Positions 48,420 to 57,305 of a DNA stretch of 64,000 nt are shown here, piece by piece. The stretch is taken from positions 8,874 to 72,873 of the forward strand of contig JBCAXU010000006.1 in NCBI GenBank assembly GCA_038533895.1, given 5' to 3'. The translations under genes were made by a program, and so were the position numbers. Position 1 is the stretch's first letter; every line of letters begins with the position of its first letter. This DNA is from Pseudomonadota bacterium. Its GTDB lineage: Bacteria; Pseudomonadota; Gammaproteobacteria; Enterobacterales; Vibrionaceae. Below the pieces are notes generated by a model. The model was not told the origin of the DNA. It saw only the letters and a program-made list of their open reading frames with translations, and did not search any database.

Positions 48420-50096
48420 TTACTGCTCGTCAGGGAACCACTCTTGAAGTAAATCTCGCGAACGCTCTAACTCTTTTTGCCAAGTGTTCACACCGACCAC
48501 CGACGGTTTCAACAAGATAACCAGTTCGGTTTTCTCCGTGTATTGATTGGTATTTCTAAATAGATGACCGAGTCCAGGGATATCACCTAAAAACGGCACC
48601 TTGGATACTCTTTCCTGAGTGGCGGATTTCATCAGCCCACCAATCACTACAACATCACCATCTTGAGCGCGAATCACAGAGTCTGACTCACGAATCGCAC
48701 TGGTTGCCAAAGGAAGAATCAGCTCCCTGTCACCGAAGCTAATGCTCTTTTTCTCTTCATTGACATCAATCACCGCAGGGTGCACATGCAACAGCACATT
48801 ACCTTGATCGTCAATCTGTGGTGTCACATCAAGCGAAATCCCAGAGAAGAATGGCGTCAACTCGACATCAGTAGTGGTATTGGTGCTCGAGTTGCCAGTA
48901 TCGGTATTGGACGAAAAATCGGTCACAAAATAGCTATCGGTACCTACTTTGATTACCGCTTTTTGGTTATTCGATGCGGTCACTCGTGGACTAGAAAGGA
49001 CATTCAAATCCCCCTGAGTGGCCATAAAGCTCAGTACAGCATCAAAACTGCCACTGGAGATCACCAGATTCGACTGACCGCCCAATAACGTTCCGATAGA
49101 GTCTAGTCCCGGTAGCACCGCAGGAATGATGGCGCCTGTGGCATCTTTAACAATCGAGCCCTGACCAAGAGAGTAATTGGTGCCATTGGAGGTAAAGGCT
49201 TTTGACCAATTGATCCCCTGCTGGTAACCGTCACTGAGTGTGACTTCCAATATCTTAGCTTCTAAAATCACCTGACGGTGCATACGTTGCTGTGACACCC
49301 CTAAGAAATCGCGGACTTCACGAATTTCATCAGGGTAGGCACGAAGGGTTATCACACTGGCTTGAGGAGTAACCACCACACTTTGACCATCGCGAGAACC
49401 GATCAGCTGTCTGACCGCTTGCTCTAGCTGAGGCCAAAAATCACTCTCACTGGTCGTTTCGATCTCAGTACCACCTTTGGCGGAGTTGTAGCTATTGCTC
49501 GAAGACGAAGAGGAGTTATTGGATGAGTTTGAAGAACTACTGCTCGACGAGTTGTTATTATTCGACCCTGACTCCGGGTTGGTCACTGTTCCGGTTGAGA
49601 TCGCAGTAATCGAGCGTCCAGAGCGCTTAAACTGCAAGTAGTCGACCGGAATCGTCACCGTACGTAGCCCCGCTGGGTACACTTGTATCACACTACCGGT
49701 TTTGTTGATCTGGTAACCGTAGAGGTCTTCGACCACAGCGAGCACTTCATCCAAAGAGACATCATTTAGGTTGACCGTAATGGTGCCAGAGATATTCGGG
49801 TGGATCGCCGCGCTATACTCTGTCCCTCTGACCAAACTGGCAAAAAACGCTTTGGCCTCGACTTGGTTGGCCTGGACACGAAAGCGCTTGATTGTCTGTG
49901 AGGCGATTTCACCATTAGGCGTCAACTCCGGCATTAAGTCTGCTTCCACCGAAGCTGGCAGGCTATCTAAACTGCGGCTGTTGTTGTGATTGATCGCTTC
50001 GTTGAGTGCACCTTTTGCTTCAACAGGGTCGCGATGGCCCATTGAGCAACCAACGAGTGTTGAGGCGATGGTGATAGCTATAGCGAGTCTACGCAT
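48420..50096 (-). CDS. mshL: MSHA secretin MshL (lipoprotein secretin)
   Basis: Lipobox LVGC at residues 14-17 and a C-terminal secretin domain (VPFLGDIPGLGHLFR). There is an internal Ser/Asn low-complexity tract. Confidence 0.92.
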   Translation of the reverse strand: MRRLAIAITIASTLVGCSMGHRDPVEAKGALNEAINHNNSRSLDSLPASVEADLMPELTPNGEIASQTIKRFRVQANQVEAKAFFASLVRGTEYSAAIHPNISGTITVNLNDVSLDEVLAVVEDLYGYQINKTGSVIQVYPAGLRTVTIPVDYLQFKRSGRSITAISTGTVTNPESGSNNNNSSSSSSSNSSNNSSSSSSNSYNSAKGGTEIETTSESDFWPQLEQAVRQLIGSRDGQSVVVTPQASVITLRAYPDEIREVRDFLGVSQQRMHRQVILEAKILEVTLSDGYQQGINWSKAFTSNGTNYSLGQGSIVKDATGAIIPAVLPGLDSIGTLLGGQSNLVISSGSFDAVLSFMATQGDLNVLSSPRVTASNNQKAVIKVGTDSYFVTDFSSNTDTGNSSTNTTTDVELTPFFSGISLDVTPQIDDQGNVLLHVHPAVIDVNEEKKSISFGDRELILPLATSAIRESDSVIRAQDGDVVVIGGLMKSATQERVSKVPFLGDIPGLGHLFRNTNQYTEKTELVILLKPSVVGVNTWQKELERSRDLLQEWFPDEQ

Positions 50097-50111
50097 AAAT
50101 TCCTACAAACC

Positions 50112-50435
50112 TTACTGTTTCACTTCAAGGGAGAAGAGGGATAACTTCCAAACTTTGTCACCGCGTGATAGCGTGACACTTTCCTGATCGATGCGCTTAA
50201 CCGTGTATCCGCTGACAAACTCACCTTTCACCAACGACTGCCCATTTAACACGGCTGCACACGGCGAATCTGTCATACACACAATGCTTTGTAGCTTGGG
50301 CAAAGGCGGCGTTTTGTTGGCTTTTTTGACACTGCTGGCTTGAGCTTCCCAACCCAATGGCGCGGTTGGATCCTGCTTTGCTTGCACGCCAAAGATCATT
50401 AAAACAGACAGCATGGACAGTAATAATTTAACCAC
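50112..50435 (-). CDS. mshK: MSHA biogenesis protein MshK
   Basis: 107 aa with a signal peptide. It lies between mshJ and mshL. Confidence 0.7.
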   Translation of the reverse strand: MVKLLLSMLSVLMIFGVQAKQDPTAPLGWEAQASSVKKANKTPPLPKLQSIVCMTDSPCAAVLNGQSLVKGEFVSGYTVKRIDQESVTLSRGDKVWKLSLFSLEVKQ

Positions 50436-51081
50436 CGATAAACTCCTGTCTTGTCCCTAGGGTGTACACGGTCAGCACTAGGCGCGATTGTGGGTACGAC
50501 TCCACTTGGTAATCAAAACTGCGCCAATAGTACTTCACCGGCATCGCTTCCAATGCTTCTAGATAGTGGACGATATCGAAATAACGCCCTGAGAGCTCAA
50601 TGGTGACTGGGTGTAAAAAATAGCCCGTCACGCCCTGCTCCTCATTTGGGGGAACAATAGGTTCACTGGGCAACGATTCTAAACGAATCAACTTAAGTTG
50701 CTTTGATTCGATCAACACTGTCTCTAGCATTCTGGCCATTTCACTTGGCGAGATCAGACTTTCGACCAACTGCGCCAACTGTTGGGAACTTTGTTGGCTT
50801 TCACTCATCAACTGCTTGAGTTGTTTGTCTAACTCTAAGTCAGGATCTTTCTTGAGTTTCGCTTGCATCACTAGTGTATCCGCTTCAAGCTGCTGGTTGC
50901 TGAGCTGGATATTGTTAATCTGACGATTCAGCTGCTGGTTGGACAAATAAACGGGCTCAACCACCAAGGTCAATAGGCCAAACACCACAGCGACAACCCC
51001 ACAAAAACTGATCAGCAGCTTTTCGCGCATGCTCATCTGAGCAAATTTTTCGCTCCATTGTTGCCAAGCACTGCGCATCAA
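50428..51081 (-). CDS. mshJ: MSHA biogenesis protein MshJ (PilO-like)
   Basis: 217 aa with a single TM segment followed by a coiled-coil. It overlaps the neighbouring genes. Confidence 0.75.
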   Translation of the reverse strand: MMRSAWQQWSEKFAQMSMREKLLISFCGVVAVVFGLLTLVVEPVYLSNQQLNRQINNIQLSNQQLEADTLVMQAKLKKDPDLELDKQLKQLMSESQQSSQQLAQLVESLISPSEMARMLETVLIESKQLKLIRLESLPSEPIVPPNEEQGVTGYFLHPVTIELSGRYFDIVHYLEALEAMPVKYYWRSFDYQVESYPQSRLVLTVYTLGTRQEFIGG

Positions 51082-52577
51082 TCGCTCTCCCTTTTGGTAT
51101 ATAACTCAAAAGTCACCACTTCTTGCTCATTGCGGCCAATGTTGAGTTGTTCAAAGGTTCGCCCCACCAAACTCAACTCGGTCTTAAATTGATTCACCCA
51201 GTTCGGGATTGCCTCAGGGCTTTGCGCCAAGCCAGTTAAGTCAAGCGTTTGCGAATCCAATCGGATATGAGTCAGCGAGATGTCACTGCGCCCTAAATTG
51301 GCTAATGAGCGCATCACTGGCGAATAGCCCACTTGTTGAGATTTATCGAACCGCGCGACTGCTTCGAGAGCACGTCGATTGGCGTCTATCTCTAATTTTA
51401 GTCTAGCAATCGCCGCCTCTTTGGCTGCGGTAGGTTTATGCTGAGCCAACTGTTGCTGTAACTGTTTCACTTGCTGCTGCAATTCAGATTGATGACGCTG
51501 AGCCTGTAACAACTGCTGCTGATAACCGCTTTGTTGATAATAGAGGTTGGCGGTGACGGCGACTAATATCGCTGCAGATACCGCCCACACTGAGACCACA
51601 GTGGCTAAAGTAAACAGCTCTTTTTTGGGTTTCAGCTCTTGAGGGAACAGGTTTATTTCAGCCTGCTGCAAGTTTTCACAAGTTCGCAGCAATAGGTCGC
51701 CAGACGACAGCACTTGATCCGCAGGTAAAGGTCGATCATCTGCGGATAAATGATTAGACAGTTGCGCAACTTGCACACTCAATCGCTCGTTGAGTGCGTC
51801 GACAATCTCCTGCTGCGACTCTTCATCGCAACAAATCAGCATCTTGTGCAACGATGCTGAGCGTAGTTGCGAGGAGAGATAATCAATAGAGCGTTGTAGC
51901 TCTAGAGCAATGCCATCAAGCTGTAAAATACTGCTGGCAACACCCGTTAAAGGCGGTGTAATACCACGCATGGTGCGCTGGAAAGCATTCTGCGCATCGA
52001 CAAAAGCACACACACGAAAAGGTCCGTGTTGACTGCGCTGCAACAGTAGAAAATGATTGAGCTCGCCAGCTGAATGCCCCCAAACCTCATCTTCAACCAA
52101 CACTCTACCCAGCTCAATCGACACGGTTTTCAGTGATTGATAGAGCTGACTGATCATGGCTTTGTCAGCCACATACACTTGCAACTTGTTATTTACCGAA
52201 AGGGGCAAATAATCCAACACGACATCCGAAATACGCTCACTGAGCAAATCTTTGAGGAGGAAAGGCAGCGCTTGTCTAAGCTCTTCTTCAGGGATATTGG
52301 GCTTGTCGATTTGATAGGTTTTGTATAACGATGAGTGCAAGACAACATCGACCATCACATTGGCGACAGCATACTCTCGTAAGGTGTCTAACAGTACCTG
52401 TTGCCAAGGTTTGTCATTCAGGGCGAGGTGTGAGGGCAGTTCGGAAACGACTGAAGACGAGAAAAACAGCGCACCAGGCTGCACCACCACATACAGACGC
52501 GTCGACGACGCTTGTTTGGCGGTAAATCTACCTAAAATGGAGGATAGCGTATTTTTTTTCATTATATTTTCCGCCAT
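51078..52577 (-). CDS. mshI: MSHA biogenesis protein MshI (PilM/PilN-like)
   Basis: 499 aa with a cytoplasmic N-terminal domain, a mid-protein TM segment (LATVVSVWAVSAAILVAVTA) and a Gln-rich coiled-coil. An alternative start at 52562 forms a TAATG overlap with the mshH stop. Confidence 0.8.
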   Translation of the reverse strand: MAENIMKKNTLSSILGRFTAKQASSTRLYVVVQPGALFFSSSVVSELPSHLALNDKPWQQVLLDTLREYAVANVMVDVVLHSSLYKTYQIDKPNIPEEELRQALPFLLKDLLSERISDVVLDYLPLSVNNKLQVYVADKAMISQLYQSLKTVSIELGRVLVEDEVWGHSAGELNHFLLLQRSQHGPFRVCAFVDAQNAFQRTMRGITPPLTGVASSILQLDGIALELQRSIDYLSSQLRSASLHKMLICCDEESQQEIVDALNERLSVQVAQLSNHLSADDRPLPADQVLSSGDLLLRTCENLQQAEINLFPQELKPKKELFTLATVVSVWAVSAAILVAVTANLYYQQSGYQQQLLQAQRHQSELQQQVKQLQQQLAQHKPTAAKEAAIARLKLEIDANRRALEAVARFDKSQQVGYSPVMRSLANLGRSDISLTHIRLDSQTLDLTGLAQSPEAIPNWVNQFKTELSLVGRTFEQLNIGRNEQEVVTFELYTKRESD

Positions 52578-54571
52578 CGATTTCGACGGCCTATCTGCAC
52601 TTTACGTTCTGGTTGTCTAGTGGGCTTATCGCTACTCTCTGTTGGAATCAACTGCGACTCTTCACGTAAATAACGACCTTGAATGCCATCAACACCCAAA
52701 TCTAAACTGGTTTGGTATTCAGCCTTGTTATCGACACCAACTGCAATGAGTTTAGTCGCTAAACCTTCACACGCACCAAGTAAGCTTCTGACAAATAATT
52801 GGTTCTCGTGACGCTGGTCTATACGTTTAATCAAGCTGCGGTGCAGTTTCAGGTAACTCACTGGCAACTCTTTCAGGTAATGCGTGCTTACAATCGAGCG
52901 TCCCGCTTGCCCTACAGCTACCTGACACCCTAGACCAACGATCATCTTGGTCACTGGACGCATATAATCGAGATGTTTGACCAAGCGCGCTTCAGTAAAC
53001 TCAAAAATCAAGCGTTGGCGAAGTTCCATGCTGAGCTGCAACAACTCATCACGAAACCATTTAAAGTAGTCGCGGCTCGCAAAAGGTACCACATGGAGGT
53101 TAATAGAGTAACTCTCTGAACCTGTAGATTGTTTTAAATATTGAATAATTGCGGCAAATGCAGCCTTATCAAGCATGCTCTCATAACCAACTGATTCAAT
53201 AGCTGAATTAAACCGTGAGGCTTTTATCACGCCTTTTTCTGGATCACTAATCCGAGCAAAAAGCTCATAGTGGTCATTGAGCTGACGTTGTTGCGAGTCA
53301 AGCAAGAAACAAGGCTGTGAAAAAATGTAGATGTTCTCAGGTTTGAGAGCGACATCGAACAGCGTACGCCAGCGCACGCTGCCACGCTCATCTTGCTGGC
53401 TAATATGCTTGTGAAAACGGCTCCAGGTATTGATTCTTTGCAGTTGTGCACTTTTTAGTGCGGTTTCGGCTTCATCAATGATGCGCCCCTGACTTTCTGC
53501 CTCACGGTACATACTGACACCAATATGAACCCAATTGTCTCGATCCAACGGAGGGGGAGGCGTTAGTTTGGTGACTTGATTTAAGCACTGAGCCGCTATG
53601 TTAGATACATCTTTGCTCGATAGGCTAGGCGCAAAAATCGCAAAATCGGAGCTGTAGTAGCGCGATAAGATCACGTCAGGGTAACGCTGAATCACATTGT
53701 TAAGCCCCTCGCCCACTTCCACAATAAAGTCATTGGCGATGTGCTTACCCAGCTCTTCTTCTATTTGGTCCCAGTCGTCGATCCTTAACATCAACACCCC
53801 ACCATGAGACCCACTTTCTGACAGTGCCGCTTCAAGTTTACTGTCAAACAAGACTCGGTTTGCCGTACCTGTCAATTGATCGAGGAAGGTTTGAGTACGA
53901 ATGAAGGTATCAAAACGGCTGCGTTCTTGACGAGCATCTTGCAGCTCCTCTATCAGTCGATCGAGAGCTTCACTGGCAGTGTATGGCCATTCACTGTGAT
54001 CGCCTTTGGCGTACTCCTCAACCCGACCCGCTAAGATCATTCGCCCCCGCTCCTCTAACATTTCGCTGCCGTGCAATTGTTCTTTCAGCCACTTTAAGCC
54101 GCGGAGCAAACAGAACACGACCAAACCGACCGCTAGGGTAATGGACCACAGTGCCTGCATCGAATAGCCATAACCGATATAAGGTGGAATGGCTTTAAAT
54201 CTAAGCTGGTACCCCCGATTGCGCTCTAAAGTGTATTCGGCATCATACAGTAGGGCTTGGTCGACTTTAGATGAGGTATCTTTGAATCGATAGATAACGC
54301 CGTAAGAATTGCGCAGTTCCATCTCAACGACACTCGAAGCCTGTAGCATCTTCGGCATCCAACGCTGGAGCGAGTAGGCTGCATCTGGGTCTTCCATCTC
54401 TTTGTCCACGACATCAACAATACCTTGCAGAGAATGGTCGAGATACTCCTGGCCCAAACGCTTGAATGAGAGTGTACCGCCTAAGAAGAGGATAAACATC
54501 GCACTGATAACAATAACAGTTACAAACGCAACCAAGCGCGTACTTAGTTTTAAGGTAGGGGTATACCTCAT
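52562..54571 (-). CDS. mshH: MshH, a CsrD-like membrane protein with degenerate GGDEF and EAL domains
   Basis: 669 aa with two TM segments flanking a periplasmic loop. The GGDEF position reads YSSDF (53642-53656) and the EAL position reads ELF (53258-53266). Confidence 0.88.
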   Translation of the reverse strand: MRYTPTLKLSTRLVAFVTVIVISAMFILFLGGTLSFKRLGQEYLDHSLQGIVDVVDKEMEDPDAAYSLQRWMPKMLQASSVVEMELRNSYGVIYRFKDTSSKVDQALLYDAEYTLERNRGYQLRFKAIPPYIGYGYSMQALWSITLAVGLVVFCLLRGLKWLKEQLHGSEMLEERGRMILAGRVEEYAKGDHSEWPYTASEALDRLIEELQDARQERSRFDTFIRTQTFLDQLTGTANRVLFDSKLEAALSESGSHGGVLMLRIDDWDQIEEELGKHIANDFIVEVGEGLNNVIQRYPDVILSRYYSSDFAIFAPSLSSKDVSNIAAQCLNQVTKLTPPPPLDRDNWVHIGVSMYREAESQGRIIDEAETALKSAQLQRINTWSRFHKHISQQDERGSVRWRTLFDVALKPENIYIFSQPCFLLDSQQRQLNDHYELFARISDPEKGVIKASRFNSAIESVGYESMLDKAAFAAIIQYLKQSTGSESYSINLHVVPFASRDYFKWFRDELLQLSMELRQRLIFEFTEARLVKHLDYMRPVTKMIVGLGCQVAVGQAGRSIVSTHYLKELPVSYLKLHRSLIKRIDQRHENQLFVRSLLGACEGLATKLIAVGVDNKAEYQTSLDLGVDGIQGRYLREESQLIPTESSDKPTRQPERKVQIGRRNRWRKI

Positions 54572-54668
54572 GAATGTAGAATTCCTTTTCTATTGTATTC
54601 TAGTGACCGTTCAACGGTTGATGAGAGTCTAGTCAAAGACTTGGCGATAGTTTTCTTTGTTTACTATA

Positions 54669-54699
54669 TAAAAAAGCCGCGACAAGCGCGGCTTTTTTT
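54669..54699 (-). terminator. Intrinsic terminator after ssb
   Basis: aaaaagccgcg acaag cgcggcttttttt: a GC stem with flanking A and T runs, 14 nt after the ssb stop. Confidence 0.8.
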
Positions 54700-54712
54700 C
54701 AATAACTCATCG

Positions 54713-55252
54713 TTAGAATGGGATGTCGTCATCAAAATCCATTGGTGGCTCATTGTACTGAGGCTTGGCCTGCTGCGGTTGCGACTGAGGCTGCTGAACA
54801 GGTTGATGCTGCATAGCCGGCTGTTGTGGCTGACCCCAACCACCTTGCTGCGGTTGAGACTGGCCCATGCCCTGGCCTTGCCCTGGTGCAGCACCTTGTG
54901 CACGGGCACCCAGCATTTGCATCACGCCATTGTAACCTTGTACCACAACCTCTGTCGTGTAGCGGTCTTGACCATTCTGATCTTGCCACTTACGCGTTTG
55001 CAGTTGACCTTCAATGTAAACTTGTGAACCTTTGCGTAGGTACTCACCCGCGACTTCGGCCAACTTGCCAAACAGTGCAACACGGTGCCACTCGGTTTTT
55101 TCACGCTGTTCGCCAGTCGCTTTATCACGCCATGATTCAGACGTTGCAATGGTAATATTGGCCACTGCGCCGCCACTTGGCATGTAACGCACTTCTGGGT
55201 CAGTGCCCAGATTACCGACTAAAATAACTTTGTTCACTCCACGGCTAGCCAT
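54713..55252 (-). CDS. ssb: Single-stranded DNA-binding protein
   Basis: 179 aa with the N-terminal OB fold ([16 protein letters not shown]), a Gly/Gln/Pro-rich linker and the acidic tip DFDDDIPF. Confidence 0.98.
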   Translation of the reverse strand: MASRGVNKVILVGNLGTDPEVRYMPSGGAVANITIATSESWRDKATGEQREKTEWHRVALFGKLAEVAGEYLRKGSQVYIEGQLQTRKWQDQNGQDRYTTEVVVQGYNGVMQMLGARAQGAAPGQGQGMGQSQPQQGGWGQPQQPAMQHQPVQQPQSQPQQAKPQYNEPPMDFDDDIPF

Positions 55253-55531
55253 GTTTCGCTCCGTCTAAATTGGGTTGTACTGAAAATAGCGTAATAGGAT
55301 AACACGCTTTACGCTCGCAACAAATCACTCAACCACAATGTCTGCTCAGTTTGGCAATCCATATCAAAACGAGCGTTTTTTTAGAGTCGTCTCAAATTGT
55401 AACGATCCTGAGTAATCGATTAGTTACCTAGCCATATGAATCGCGACGCAAAGCCTCAACCTAGATTCGCGCCATTGCTGTACTTAGGTCACTCTGTGAT
55501 TCCAATTACAACATAAGTACTAGAGGACAGT

Positions 55532-56179
55532 ATGGCTAGAAATATTTATACCCGAACCATCTCATTTGTTTGTGAAGATCCTGAAGTTCACGATCCATTC
55601 ATTGATCAACTCGAGCAGAAGTTGGGGAGTAGCATTCCACGCATCAGGCCGAGCGAACTATTGCTGGCACTGCAAAAACACAAACATCGCATTTTGTTGA
55701 TAGATCACCACCACTATACTCGACTCAAGAGCCAAATTCGCGGCCTACCTTTAGCTGACAGAACCTTTGAAACTTTGGTATTCAATGTTCAACAGCGGTT
55801 AACGACGGACGAAATATTAGCCTTTGGCCATCTGAAAGGCATTTTCTACAAGGACACCAACATCGATATGATAGTCCGCGGCTGCGAAGCGGTGATCAAT
55901 GGCGAAAACTGGCTACCAAGAAAAGTGACGGCTCAGTTGCTATTTCATTACCGCAGTATCATAGATACTCAAACCACGCCTGCGACCGTTGACCTCACCG
56001 CCCGTGAAATTCAGATCCTACGTTGCTTGATGGATGGTGCGTCCAACATTCAAATCGCAGACAATATGTTTATCAGCGAGTTCACCGTCAAATCGCACCT
56101 ACAAAAAATCTTCAAAAAGCTTGGCGCAAAAAACCGCGTTCAAGCTGCAGCCTGGGCCAAACAGCATATGCGTCATTAA
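55532..56179 (+). CDS. qstR: LuxR/CsgD-type transcription factor, position-equivalent to QstR
   Basis: 215 aa with a C-terminal LuxR HTH (LTAREIQILRCLMDGASNIQIADNMFISEFTVKSHLQKIFKKLGAKNR). It lies between ssb and galU, which is where I recall V. cholerae qstR (VC0396) to be. Confidence 0.7.
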   Translation: MARNIYTRTISFVCEDPEVHDPFIDQLEQKLGSSIPRIRPSELLLALQKHKHRILLIDHHHYTRLKSQIRGLPLADRTFETLVFNVQQRLTTDEILAFGHLKGIFYKDTNIDMIVRGCEAVINGENWLPRKVTAQLLFHYRSIIDTQTTPATVDLTAREIQILRCLMDGASNIQIADNMFISEFTVKSHLQKIFKKLGAKNRVQAAAWAKQHMRH

Positions 56180-56297
56180 TATGTGAACATTTCACTACTT
56201 TTTGAATAATCTTGGCGCACACTAATTATCTGTTTCGGTGTTTCATGATAAGGTTGCGCCAGATTTATTCTTAAAAATATGTGAAAGGGTTTAATTG

Positions 56298-57173
56298 ATG
56301 ATTAACAAATGTCTGTTTCCAGCCGCCGGTTATGGAACCCGCTTTCTACCTGCCACCAAGTCAATGCCAAAAGAGATGATGCCAGTTGTCAACAAACCAT
56401 TGATTGAATATGGGGTTGAAGAAGCGATTCAAGCAGGGATGACTGGCATGTGTATTGTCACGGGTCGAGGCAAGCACTCTATCATGGACCACTTTGACAT
56501 GAATTATGAGCTTGAACACCAAATCAGTGGTACCAACAAAGAAGACCTGTTAGTCGACATTCGCGACATCATCAATACCGCCCACTTCACCTATATCCGT
56601 CAGCGCGAGATGAAAGGACTTGGTCATGCGATCTTGACTGGACGCGAGCTAGTGGGCGACGAACCTTTTGCGGTAGTCCTAGCTGACGATTTGTGCGTCA
56701 ACGAGCAAGAGGGCGTGCTGTCGCAAATGGTTGCGCTATTTAAGCAGTTCCGCTGTTCCATTGTCGCAGTACAAGAGGTACCCGCTGACGAAACTCACAA
56801 GTACGGCGTCATTTCCGGCGAGATGATCAAAGACGATATCTACCGCGTCGACGACATGGTCGAGAAGCCAGAGCCGGGGACCGCTCCAAGTAACCTTGCG
56901 ATTATTGGGCGCTATATTCTGACCCCAGATATTTTTGAGCTGATCGAAAACACTGAGCCAGGCAAAGGTGGTGAAATTCAAATCACCGATGCGCTGTTAA
57001 AACAAGCCAAAGCAGGCTGTGTATTAGCGTATAAATTTAAAGGTCAGCGTTTCGACTGCGGCAGCGTTGAAGGCTATATCGAAGCGACCAACTATTGCTT
57101 TGAGAACCTATATCTAAAAGACACCAAGACCTCAGAGCTTGGTAAACAAAAAACCACCAAAGAGACGATCTAA
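56298..57173 (+). CDS. galU: UTP--glucose-1-phosphate uridylyltransferase
   Basis: PAAGYGTRFLPATKSMPKEM motif and VEKP motif. It aligns with E. coli GalU along its whole length. Confidence 0.95.
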   Translation: MINKCLFPAAGYGTRFLPATKSMPKEMMPVVNKPLIEYGVEEAIQAGMTGMCIVTGRGKHSIMDHFDMNYELEHQISGTNKEDLLVDIRDIINTAHFTYIRQREMKGLGHAILTGRELVGDEPFAVVLADDLCVNEQEGVLSQMVALFKQFRCSIVAVQEVPADETHKYGVISGEMIKDDIYRVDDMVEKPEPGTAPSNLAIIGRYILTPDIFELIENTEPGKGGEIQITDALLKQAKAGCVLAYKFKGQRFDCGSVEGYIEATNYCFENLYLKDTKTSELGKQKTTKETI

Positions 57174-57195
57174 TTTTTGTCTTTTGCGTATGACT

Positions 57196-57219
57196 AAAGG
57201 GTCGCTCTAGCGGCCCTTT
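57196..57219 (+). terminator. Intrinsic terminator after galU
   Basis: aaagggtcgc tcta gcggcccttt followed by actgttttttt. Confidence 0.65.
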
Positions 57220-57238
57220 ACTGTTTTTTTATCCAGTA
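57219..57238 (+). promoter_or_regulatory. LexA (SOS) box upstream of uvrA
   Basis: taCTGTttttttatCCAGta has one mismatch to the CTGT-N8-ACAG core. It lies about 70 nt upstream of the uvrA ATG. Confidence 0.6.
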
Positions 57239-57305
57239 TTTTCTTTGCACATTTCTCACACTATGTAATACTTAGCCCACTAAATTTTTGCATAAAGTGA
57301 TAAGC

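Noticed and set aside
35611-54571. The large minus-strand cluster as a novel secretion or defence system.
   Set aside because: Gene-by-gene content (five G/FTLIE prepilins, GspE/GspF/secretin homologues, an ExeA-like ATPase, a TPR protein, a CsrD-like MshH) and its placement between ssb and mreB match the known MSHA type IV pilus locus.
54593-55176. Several ORFs overlapping ssb on both strands (54593-55027 +, 54826-55155 +, 54750-54989 -, 54922-55176 -), one with LRLRLRL repeats.
   Set aside because: They are shadow ORFs created by the Gly/Gln/Pro-rich codon periodicity of the ssb linker. The ssb frame is unambiguous (OB fold plus DDDIPF tail).
55478-55493. Possible LexA box ctgtacttaggtcact upstream of qstR and ssb.
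   Set aside because: It has two mismatches in the second half-site (CACT versus ACAG), and its position does not fit the ssb promoter.
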